In this document: piece by piece, positions 1-7,290 of the stretch
How positions within the stretch are numbered: position 1 is the first letter of the stretch
How the letters are laid out: each line of letters opens with the position of its first letter
NCBI GenBank assembly: GCA_016178155.1
Contig: JACOTZ010000166.1
Span: 1 to 52,255, forward strand
DNA length: 52,255 bases
From: Acidobacteriota bacterium
Lineage (GTDB): Bacteria; Acidobacteriota; Terriglobia; Bryobacterales; Bryobacteraceae
Direction of reading: 5' to 3'
Made by a program: the position numbers and the translations under genes
The notes under the pieces: generated by a model
Databases searched by the model: none
What the model was told of the DNA's origin: nothing
The model's input: the letters and a program-made list of their open reading frames with translations, nothing else

Positions 1-267
1 CGCGATCGGGAAAGCGCGCCGGCAGTGTGCGCATCTCGTCCTCGCTCGCCTCCAGTGCGCTCCAGCGAAGGCGCGATCCAGCCTGCAACACGGAGCCGTG
101 CCGCGGCGTCTCTCGGACCCTCTGCCGGCGTCACCCCCAGCGGTCACGTGCGGCTGAGCGATAGAGCTGCACCTGTCGCCGTCGCCGCTCCAGCCCGCGG
201 CACTTGTACCGCGCCCAGCGACGAGAGTGGCAAAATGCCGGGCATCGATGGCTGGTTCGTCCCGGGC

Positions 268-1368
268 TTACTGACGGCCTGTCGCTTGCCACCGCACTCC
301 GATCCCGAGCACTCTCCTCGCGTACTCGATGCCGCGCTCCAGGTCGCGGCGCTGTTGCTCGCGCAGTGCGGCGATGTACTCGGGTGGCGGCGTGCCCGCG
401 TCGGCAATGATCATCGTGCCCATAAACGGGCGGCCTCGCTTCGCCAGAGCGGCGAAGCGTGCGAGCTCCGACGCGGGCATCTTCGGCAGCGTCTGCCAGA
501 ATTCTGCCTCGAAATAGGGCATCACGTGCGGCGGGCGGCCGGTGATGTTCTCAAGCTGCATGGCCGCGTTCGGGCACAGCTCCCGGAAGCGCGCCGCGAA
601 CTTGCGCCAGTCAATGACACCATCACCCAAGGCCACCCACTGCCAGGCGAGGCCGCGCGGATGCTCGAACACCACCGAGTCGCGAATATGCGTTGTCACC
701 GTATACGGGCCGAGCACCTCGAGTGTGAGCAGTGGGTCCTCGAGCACCCACATCGGGTTGCCGGTGTCCAGGCAGGCGGCGACGTAATCCTTGCCCGCCC
801 CCTCGATCAGCAGCTTTAGCTCGCGGGCCTGCAGGTCGCCGCTGTGATTTTCAACCGCAATCCTCACGCCCGAGTCGAGCGCTTGCGAGCGCACGCGGCG
901 TAGTTCCCTCACCGTGTTCGCGATGTGGCGCTCGATGCCGCCGGGCGCGCGCCGGTCGGCGGACGCGCCCAGGAAGCAGCGCATCGAGCCGGCGCCGAGC
1001 GCTTTCGCGACGCGCAGCCCTTTCAGCAGATACTGCTCTGGAGTCCCATTCTCCGCGCGCCAGCTCCGCGAGCTCGAGCAGATGCACCCGATCCCGGCGT
1101 CAATCTGAATCCCGAACCGCGCTGCGTGGTCCTTCACACGCTCGAGGTGCACCGGATCGAGACTCTCGAATTCGCCGAGGCCCGAGATCTGGATCGCATC
1201 CAGCTTAAGGCCCGCCGCATAATTGAGAAGCTGAATGTCTTTCCACCGGAACGCACGCAGCGAGTATGTATCGAAGCCCAGCTTGATTCCGGGCGCCTGC
1301 GCGCGCCCCAACCCGCCGAGCGCTCCGGCGAGGCCCCCGAGAAAGGTCCGGCGTGACACCTTCGCCAT
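268..1368 (-). CDS. Tat-exported sugar phosphate isomerase/epimerase (xylose isomerase-like TIM barrel)
   Basis: ORF 268..1509 trimmed to the internal ATG at 1368. The N-terminus MAKVSRRTFLGGLAGALGGLGRAQA is a twin-arginine signal. RIAVENH and CLDTGN motifs are typical of this TIM-barrel family. Confidence 0.8.
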   Translation of the reverse strand: MAKVSRRTFLGGLAGALGGLGRAQAPGIKLGFDTYSLRAFRWKDIQLLNYAAGLKLDAIQISGLGEFESLDPVHLERVKDHAARFGIQIDAGIGCICSSSRSWRAENGTPEQYLLKGLRVAKALGAGSMRCFLGASADRRAPGGIERHIANTVRELRRVRSQALDSGVRIAVENHSGDLQARELKLLIEGAGKDYVAACLDTGNPMWVLEDPLLTLEVLGPYTVTTHIRDSVVFEHPRGLAWQWVALGDGVIDWRKFAARFRELCPNAAMQLENITGRPPHVMPYFEAEFWQTLPKMPASELARFAALAKRGRPFMGTMIIADAGTPPPEYIAALREQQRRDLERGIEYARRVLGIGVRWQATGRQ

Positions 1369-1410
1369 AGCAATAAGAACATTGAAGCATTCCCGGGGGA
1401 GCCTGGTGCG

Positions 1411-2367
1411 ATGACGCCGCCGGCGCGGCTGCTCGCCTCCATGATCGAGCGATCCGGCCCGATCCCATTCCGCCGCTTCATGGAGACGGCGCTCTATCAC
1501 CCCGAGCACGGCTACTACCGCCGCCCGCGTGACCCATTCGGCGCATCCGGGGACTTCTACACGGCCGAGCAGCTTGAGCCCGTGTTCGGCCGGCTCATCG
1601 CGGCGTGCTTCGAGCAGCTCGCACGCGACCTGCCCGGGGACCTCACCGTGCTCGAAATCGGCGCCGGCCGCGGCGAAATGGAGCCCGCCTTCACGGGGTT
1701 GCGGTATCGCGCGGCCGACCTGGGTGATCCGCTACCTCCGCCGTTCGCCGGCTTTGTCTTTGCGAACGAGTTCTTCGACGCGCTGCCGGTGGATGTAGTG
1801 GTCCGACGGGATGCCGTGCTGCGCGAGCGTCTTGTCGGCTGGGATGGCGCCGCCTTCCACTGGATCGACGGCGGCCCCGCGCGCCCCGAACTCGTCGAGT
1901 ACGTCGAACGCAACCTCGGCGGGCTCGCCGAGGGTTGCCTCGCGGAAGTGTGCCTCGATTCGCTTGCCTGGCTCGACCGCCTCGCGGGCATCCTCCGCCG
2001 CGGCTACATCCTGATCATCGATTACGGCTACACACGCGCCGAGCTCGGCCGTTTTCCCCAAGGCAGTCTCATGAGCTACCAGCGGCACGCCGCCTCCGAG
2101 CACGTGCTTTCAGATCCCGGCAACCGCGACATTACCGCGCACGTCAATTTCACCGCACTGGAGGAGCATGCAGGTTCGCTCGGGCTCGAGGTCGTTTCCT
2201 TCGAGCCGCTGGCGCGCCTGCTGCTGCGCGCGGGCGAGCCGGATCGCTTCGCCGGCGCGCTACGGGCCGAGACGTATGGGGAGGAACTGCGCCACCGCCT
2301 GCAGCTCAAGACGCTTCTCTTCTCGATGGGAGAAACTTTCCGTGCTCTGCTGCTTCGCAAGCCATGA
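1411..2367 (+). CDS. SAM-dependent methyltransferase, MidA/NDUFAF7 (DUF185) family
   Basis: Family motifs FMETALYHPEHGYY, GDFYTAEQL, VLEIGAGRG and FANEFFDALPV. GGGGGAG Shine-Dalgarno about 10 nt upstream of the ATG. Confidence 0.8.
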   Translation: MTPPARLLASMIERSGPIPFRRFMETALYHPEHGYYRRPRDPFGASGDFYTAEQLEPVFGRLIAACFEQLARDLPGDLTVLEIGAGRGEMEPAFTGLRYRAADLGDPLPPPFAGFVFANEFFDALPVDVVVRRDAVLRERLVGWDGAAFHWIDGGPARPELVEYVERNLGGLAEGCLAEVCLDSLAWLDRLAGILRRGYILIIDYGYTRAELGRFPQGSLMSYQRHAASEHVLSDPGNRDITAHVNFTALEEHAGSLGLEVVSFEPLARLLLRAGEPDRFAGALRAETYGEELRHRLQLKTLLFSMGETFRALLLRKP

Positions 2368-2403
2368 ATCCGGGGTTCGACTGCAACTGGAAAGCCGCGG
2401 GGG

Positions 2404-2435
2404 AAAAGAAAAACGGCTCCGATCTCTCGGAGCCG
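2404..2435 (-). terminator. Rho-independent terminator of the minus-strand small gene
   Basis: Perfect 8-bp stem CGGCTCCG/CGGAGCCG (2414-2421 and 2428-2435) with a 6-nt loop. On the minus strand it is followed by TTTTTCTTTT (2404-2413). There is no T-run on the plus side. Confidence 0.65.
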
Positions 2436-2479
2436 TGAGGGAACCTTGTCTGCTGCCGATCCCTAGCGGGATCCGGCGG

Positions 2480-2551
2480 TTACTTCTTCTTCTTCGCCGG
2501 GGCCTTTTTCTTCGCAGGCGCCTTGGCAGCTTTCTTGGTTGCGTTCTTCAT
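2480..2551 (-). CDS. 23-aa Lys/Ala-rich small protein (MKNATKKAAKAPAKKKAPAKKKK)
   Basis: Internal ATG of ORF 2480..2695, preceded by GGGAG about 9 nt upstream. It has its own promoter and terminator. The coding call is tentative; the unit could instead be an sRNA. Confidence 0.4.
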   Translation of the reverse strand: MKNATKKAAKAPAKKKAPAKKKK

Positions 2552-2611
2552 CGAGTGATTCTCCCTAACATCAAGATTTGCGACCTCCAGAGGAGATCGC
2601 AGTGTGATCCA

Positions 2612-2640
2612 TATATAAAGTTGTTTCGTCCGAATGTCAA
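2612..2640 (-). promoter_or_regulatory. sigma-70-type promoter for the small Lys-rich gene
   Basis: On the minus strand: TTGACA (2640-2635), 17-nt spacer, TATATA (2617-2612). A 9-bp hairpin (2580-2600) lies in the predicted 5' leader and includes one G-U pair only on the minus-strand RNA. Confidence 0.5.
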
Positions 2641-2725
2641 GAGAAAAGTGAAGACGGGTCTCTCCCCGCTGCGCTGGACGAAACGTTTCAGGCATAATTT
2701 GTTTTAGGGACTATCGTCCTCCGGA

Positions 2726-3430
2726 GTGTTCCTGATGTTTCGCGCCCACCTCGGCATGGTGTCAAAACGAAAGCGCGCGGCCCTTGCGTTCCTCGCCGCC
2801 GCCGTCGCGCTGCTCTCTTTCGGCTGCGGGCGGCCGAAGCGCGTCCGACTCCCCGCGCCGCCGCGCATCGGCGACACCGAGCACGGCGTCGCGAGTTGGT
2901 ACGGTCATCCCTATCACGGGCGCCGCGCCGCCAACGGCGAGATCTACGACATGGAGAAGTTCACGGCCGCGCACCGCACGCTTCCCTTCGATACCTGGGT
3001 GCGCGTGCGGAACCTCGCGAACGAGAGGACCGTCGACGTTCGCATCCAGGACCGCGGGCCTTTTGTCGACGGCCGCATCATCGACCTCTCTCACGCAGCC
3101 GCGCGAGAGATCGGGCTGATCGGGCCCGGCATTGCTCGAGTACGCCTCACCGTGATCGAGCCGCCGGAAGAAATCCGTTCCGCGGACCGCTTCGGTGTCC
3201 AAGTCGGTGCCTTTCAGGATCGCACTCGGGCCGACGGAGTGCGTGAGAATATGCGGCAGCGCTTCGGCAGCGCGCGCCTGGTGGAGCGACCCGGCTCGCC
3301 GCAGGTGTGGCGCGTGATCGTCGGCGATGAAGAAACCATCGCCGCCGCCGCGGCGCTCGCGGCCGGCATCCGCGAAGCCGGCGGCCCGGCATTCGTGGTT
3401 CGCCTCGACAATCCCGTGGCCAACCGCTGA
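2726..3430 (+). CDS. rlpA: Septal ring lytic transglycosylase RlpA family lipoprotein (DPBB domain plus C-terminal SPOR domain)
   Basis: Lipobox LLSFGC. The stretch GVASWYGHPYHGRRAANGEIYD...AAHRTLPFDTWVRVRNL...VDVRIQDRGPF is the RlpA double-psi beta-barrel. The C-terminal FGVQVGAFQDR...WRVIVG is SPOR-like. The start may be the ATG at 2756 rather than the GTG at 2726. Confidence 0.85.
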   Translation: MFLMFRAHLGMVSKRKRAALAFLAAAVALLSFGCGRPKRVRLPAPPRIGDTEHGVASWYGHPYHGRRAANGEIYDMEKFTAAHRTLPFDTWVRVRNLANERTVDVRIQDRGPFVDGRIIDLSHAAAREIGLIGPGIARVRLTVIEPPEEIRSADRFGVQVGAFQDRTRADGVRENMRQRFGSARLVERPGSPQVWRVIVGDEETIAAAAALAAGIREAGGPAFVVRLDNPVANR

Positions 3431-3503
3431 CCCTCGGCCGCGCCTGTACCCCGAACATAGTTGAGAATTTTCGGGCTGCATCCGCACTATCCCCAAGGAG
3501 CCC

Positions 3504-4514
3504 ATGCCAGCCGACCCCTGTGCACTGCCTCGCGCGATCATCGGCACCTCCCCGCGCATGCAGCAGATCCTGCGCCAGATCGGCCGCTTGCACAAAACCC
3601 GCTGGCCAGTGCTGATCCTGGGTGAGACCGGCACGGGCAAGGAACTGGTGGCTCGAGCCATCCACGTGAGCCGCCCGTCTCCATTCGTCATTGTTGACTG
3701 CTCCGCGCTCGTGGGCAACCTCATCGAAAGCGATCTCTTCGGATACGCGAAGGGCGCTTTCACGGGCGCCGCGACCAACAAGGCGGGCCTGCTCGATCTC
3801 GCCCACGGGGGTACGGCCTTCTTCGATGAAATCGGCGAGCTAGAGCCGGAGGTACAGGGAAAGCTGCTGCGGGTCCTGCAGGAAAAGGAATTCCGGCCGC
3901 TCGGATCTCTGGCGACGCACCGGTCTGATTTCCGACTCATCGCCGCCACCAATCGGGACCTCGAAGTTGCGGTCGCCAACGGCGCTTTCCGCCGCGATCT
4001 CTTTTATCGCCTCAACGTCGTGACGCTTCGGCTGCCGCCGCTCCGCGATCGCCGGGAAGACATCCCGGTGCTGGTGCGCCACTTCTTCGATCTGCACGGC
4101 CAGCAGTACTCCGTCACACAAGAAGTGCTTGATGCCTTCACCGGCTACGACTGGCCCGGCAACGTCCGCGAACTGGAAAATGTGGTGCAGCGCATGGTCG
4201 CGATGAACTCGGGGCCCCTGCTCCACATCGCTGATCTGCCCACACAACTCCAGAACCACATACGCCAGAAGCGTGCCGCCGAGATGACGCTGGCAGCCGG
4301 TGCGCGGCAGACCGGAGCACCCGCGACGGTGAAAGCGGCCGACGCTACAATCGTCTCGCTTATGGAGATCGAAAAGCGCGCCATCTCTGATGCGCTGCGT
4401 GCAACCAAGGGTGACCGCACCGCCGCGGCCGTTCTTCTGGGCATCGGGCGGACCACGCTTTATCGCAAGCTGAAGGAGTACGCAGTGGACGAGGACACCC
4501 TGACCTCCGCGTAA
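3504..4514 (+). CDS. Sigma-54-dependent transcriptional activator with AAA+ and Fis-type HTH domains only (no sensory domain)
   Basis: Walker A GETGTGKE, GAFTGA loop (AKGAFTGA), Walker B FFDEIGEL, FYRLNV motif, and C-terminal HTH AAAVLLGIGRTTLYRKLKEY. AAGGAG lies just upstream of the ATG. Confidence 0.85.
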   Translation: MPADPCALPRAIIGTSPRMQQILRQIGRLHKTRWPVLILGETGTGKELVARAIHVSRPSPFVIVDCSALVGNLIESDLFGYAKGAFTGAATNKAGLLDLAHGGTAFFDEIGELEPEVQGKLLRVLQEKEFRPLGSLATHRSDFRLIAATNRDLEVAVANGAFRRDLFYRLNVVTLRLPPLRDRREDIPVLVRHFFDLHGQQYSVTQEVLDAFTGYDWPGNVRELENVVQRMVAMNSGPLLHIADLPTQLQNHIRQKRAAEMTLAAGARQTGAPATVKAADATIVSLMEIEKRAISDALRATKGDRTAAAVLLGIGRTTLYRKLKEYAVDEDTLTSA

Positions 4515-4712
4515 TCCGCGGACGCTCGCGCCGAAGGCTGAATCACTCGATCATCGCGGGGGTCCCGGGCGTAGCCTTGTACTCGGCCGCACGCCGGACG
4601 CCTGGCAGTTTCTCATGGCACGGATTCGGTCCACGGCAGAGTTTGAAGATAAGGGGCAGGATTCCGCTTCCATGGCTTTCGCCTGTTCGGCATCGCGCTT
4701 AGATATTTTGAG

Positions 4713-4789
4713 AACCGCTCCCTCGCGGCCCCGGCTCAGAATGAACATTCTGCGCCGCGCACGTCGGCCAGCGGTATGCGGGACGGCAC
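4713..4789 (+). repeat. REP-like palindromic intergenic repeat, copy A
   Basis: The first 35 nt match copy B (36047-36120, reverse) at 32/35 positions. The last 17 nt (GGTATGCGGGACGGCAC) are identical to copy B. It folds as a long imperfect hairpin with a CAGAAT/ATTCTG tip. Confidence 0.65.
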
Positions 4790-4936
4790 ACTCGCTGCCG
4801 GTATCCGCCAATGTCGCCGTTGTGGAGCCCCGCCGCCGATACCACTGATCGGAACGAATGAAGCTGCGGCAGAGTACGGGTAAGACATGCAGGCAAATTC
4901 CAGCGCGGGTGTCGGGCTCCTGCCTTACAATCTAGG

Positions 4937-5971
4937 TTGCCCATCGCCCTCGACGCAACCTACAGCACCGGCCGGGAGCTCACCGGCATCGGCGTGTACT
5001 CGCGCGAGATTCTCTTCGGCCTTGCGGCGCTTCACCCCGAAGAGCAATTTGTGTTCTGCTATCGCCCGCATCGTTTCTTCCGCTCGCTGCGCGAACCGCT
5101 GCCACGGAATGCCGCGCGGCGTGTCCTGCACGATCGCTGGTTCCTCTCGCGAGCGCGTGTCTTTCACGGCCTCAACCAGCGGCTCCCCGGCCGCAAGCTC
5201 CGCTGCGCCGTCGCGACCTTTCACGACCTGTTCGTGCTGAACCGCGAGTACTCGGCTCCCGAGTTCCGCGAGCGCTTCGCGCGGCAGGCAAAGGAGACAG
5301 CGTCCCGCGCCGACCTGATCATTTGTGTCTCCGCGTTCACCGCGCGCCAGGTCGAGGAGCTGCTCGGCGTCGACCGCGCTCGCTTGCGGGTGATCCATCA
5401 CGGTGCCCGCCATCCCGTCGAGGCTGCCGACAGCAGCGCCCGCGAACGCATGTTCCTCCACGTAGGTGCTTTGCAAACGCGCAAGAATATCGGGCGGGTG
5501 GTAGCTGCATTCGAGCGGCTGCCGGAGGACTGCCGGCTGGTGCTTGCCGGCTCGGCCAGTGGTTATGGCGCGGAAGAAATCCTTGCCCGCATCGAGCAAA
5601 GCCCTCGCCGTGCAGCCATTGTGTTGGCGGGATACGTCGATGCTCCCACCCTCGATCGGCTCTACGCGCGCGCCACGGCGCTCGTGTTCCCCTCGCTCGA
5701 CGAAGGATTCGGCATGCCCGTGCTCGATGCCATGGCGCGCGGGCTTCCGGTGATTACGTCCAACCGCTCCGCGCTACCCGAGGTGGCGGGCGATGCGGCG
5801 CTCCTGGTCGATCCCTGCGACGTTAACGATCTCGCGGGAGCCATGCAATCGGTCCTGGAAAACGAAAACCTCGGCGCGGAACTGGCGCGCCGAGGCCGGA
5901 ACAGAGCAGCACAATTTTCGTGGGATAGGGCGGTGGAAAAAACCTGGGAAATTTACCAGGAACTGACCTAA
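4937..5971 (+). CDS. Glycosyltransferase family 4 (GT-B, RfaB-like)
   Basis: TTG start. The N-terminus IALDATY...GIGVYSREIL and the C-terminal FPSLDEGFGMPVLDAMARGLPVITS (E-x7-E region) are typical of GT4 enzymes. Confidence 0.85.
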   Translation: MPIALDATYSTGRELTGIGVYSREILFGLAALHPEEQFVFCYRPHRFFRSLREPLPRNAARRVLHDRWFLSRARVFHGLNQRLPGRKLRCAVATFHDLFVLNREYSAPEFRERFARQAKETASRADLIICVSAFTARQVEELLGVDRARLRVIHHGARHPVEAADSSARERMFLHVGALQTRKNIGRVVAAFERLPEDCRLVLAGSASGYGAEEILARIEQSPRRAAIVLAGYVDAPTLDRLYARATALVFPSLDEGFGMPVLDAMARGLPVITSNRSALPEVAGDAALLVDPCDVNDLAGAMQSVLENENLGAELARRGRNRAAQFSWDRAVEKTWEIYQELT

Positions 5972-6264
5972 CGGACCTCTTCGTCCACTGCGATCTTAAG
6001 CGCTTTCAGGAACTTCTGGTCCTGAGACGTCCACCGGATCTTTCCAGTGGAGGTGGTGCCTTGCGGAATCGCCTCGAGCTCGTCGCCGTCTTCCTCGGCA
6101 TCTTCGCGCTTGTTGAAACCGATGGTAGCTTCGAGCACCAGGAAGACATCATAGCCCGCGTGTTTGATCTCACCGATCGCAGCCGCGATGCGTTCCGAGT
6201 CGGACAAGGACTCGTTGATCGCGTTCCCGAGCTCCTGCATCAACTCTTTCAATCTGTCTTCCAC
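5968..6264 (-). CDS. Acidic 98-aa hypothetical protein
   Basis: GTG start preceded by AAAGGGG. High third-position GC. Its stop overlaps the GT4 stop by 4 nt (convergent genes). I could not recognise a family. Confidence 0.6.
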   Translation of the reverse strand: MEDRLKELMQELGNAINESLSDSERIAAAIGEIKHAGYDVFLVLEATIGFNKREDAEEDGDELEAIPQGTTSTGKIRWTSQDQKFLKALKIAVDEEVR

Positions 6265-6737
6265 GCTTTGCCCCTTTCTGGGCCACCTTTAGAATAGCAC
6301 CTACAATATGGATGTCCGACCGCCTTCAAGAGTTGCACTTGTGCGCACCAGACTGGCGCCAACTCCATGCCATCTATCGGCTGCAGCGCTCTTTCAGCCC
6401 AAGTTTCCCTGAACTTTTTTCCGATTCTGTGGCTGTTCTTACTCATCTCATCGGCACCGAAGCTCCCGCGCCACGGTATCCCAACATCCCTGATCTTTCT
6501 TATCAGCCACGGGTGGATCCCCGCATGCATCCTTTGCCGCCACAACACATAAACACCGCACACCGGGGGCCAGTTCCGCCGATGTCCCGGCACGGCCCGG
6601 TTGGATGTCTCAGAGCAGACGAGGAGCTTTCCGCTGCCCCAGGGCTGCCGGTACCGGTACTCACAACACTCCTCGACAAGATCTATGCCCAGCGGCAGCG
6701 GCTCAGGTTCGGCCGTTGAGGCAAACGCGGTCCGCAC
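6249..6737 (-). CDS. Possible basic, Trp/Cys-rich hypothetical protein (atypical composition)
   Basis: By-eye codon-position GC is ordered GC3 > GC1 > GC2, which is coding-like, but it is much lower than in neighbouring genes. GTG start without a Shine-Dalgarno sequence. Overlaps the next gene by 16 nt. It could be a pseudogene or non-coding. Confidence 0.3.
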   Translation of the reverse strand: MRTAFASTAEPEPLPLGIDLVEECCEYRYRQPWGSGKLLVCSETSNRAVPGHRRNWPPVCGVYVLWRQRMHAGIHPWLIRKIRDVGIPWRGSFGADEMSKNSHRIGKKFRETWAERALQPIDGMELAPVWCAQVQLLKAVGHPYCRCYSKGGPERGKAWKTD

Positions 6738-6854
6738 GCGTTAGCTAAGCTAGCTCGGAAACACGAGGGAAGCAAGCGGATCGACGCTCCCCCCAGGGGT
6801 GCGGAGGTGCGCGGTACGCGAAGCTCTGATCGCTACCTACTGGTTGGCGCAAAA

Positions 6855-6923
6855 TTCCGCTCCTTGACAGTCGCGGCTCGCTCCCGTGTTGGTTGTACTG
6901 AGCCGCGCGCGTTAGCAAGCGGT
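6855..6923 (+). repeat. REP-like palindromic intergenic repeat, copy C
   Basis: The arms CCGCTCCTTGACAGTCGCGGCTC and GAGCCGCGCGCGTTAGCAAGCGG pair as a hairpin. The 5' arm matches copy B at 19/23 positions and the 3' arm at 14/16. Confidence 0.6.
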
Positions 6924-7026
6924 CCATCTCGTCCGTTTCGAGCTTTTTGCGTCGGGAAGTAGCTCGGCAGTCCGAGCCACTATACTCGAGGCTGTGGCTG
7001 CTCTGTTAGCATATGGGTGAATCCTT

Positions 7027-7290
7027 GTGTTTTCAACAGGAAAAAAGTTCATCGCCCACATGATTCCGGGTGTGATACGGCCTATCCGGGTACTGTGGAA
7101 CGAAGTCATCGGGTTTGTCTTCCTCGTGCTTGCCTTCCTTGCGGCCCCCTCTGCCTACCGGCACGTCCGCGACTTCAATGGCGACGGAGAAAGCGTCTTC
7201 AAACTGCTGATGACTGGTCTGTTCATACTGGTTATGGCCTATTTCGGCATCAGCTCGTTTGTGCGTGCGCGTAAGATCTCCCGGTCATGA
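7027..7290 (+). CDS. Small two-TM membrane protein
   Basis: Two hydrophobic spans ([15 protein letters not shown] and [16 protein letters not shown]). Its stop overlaps the start of the mutase gene (ATGA). The start is either the GTG at 7027 or the ATG at 7060. Confidence 0.55.
   Translation: MFSTGKKFIAHMIPGVIRPIRVLWNEVIGFVFLVLAFLAAPSAYRHVRDFNGDGESVFKLLMTGLFILVMAYFGISSFVRARKISRS

Noticed and set aside
25-819. A 264-aa plus-strand ORF at the left edge, and possible gene fragments in 1..267.
   Set aside because: 25..819 is antisense to the TIM-barrel gene and has a low-complexity translation. In 1..267, two frames looked weakly coding: a plus frame ending in TGA at 155-157, and a minus frame opening at the GTG at 91. 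Neither has a motif or a decisive codon bias, so I made no call.
4599-4621. A sigma-54-like TGGCAG / TGGCAC sequence downstream of the sigma-54 activator gene.
   Set aside because: The -12 element (TTGC) is not at the required spacing from either GG. The GG-to-GC spacing is off by two for the first and absent for the second.
6265-7026. Possibility that the gene-poor stretch hides a tmRNA, RNase P RNA, SRP RNA or a cobalamin riboswitch for the downstream mutase.
   Set aside because: I found no tRNA-like 3' end with a TTCGA T-loop plus CCA, no RNase P conserved-region motifs, no SRP GGAA/AGCA domain and no B12-box-like sequence. A covariance-model scan (Rfam/Infernal) would be decisive.
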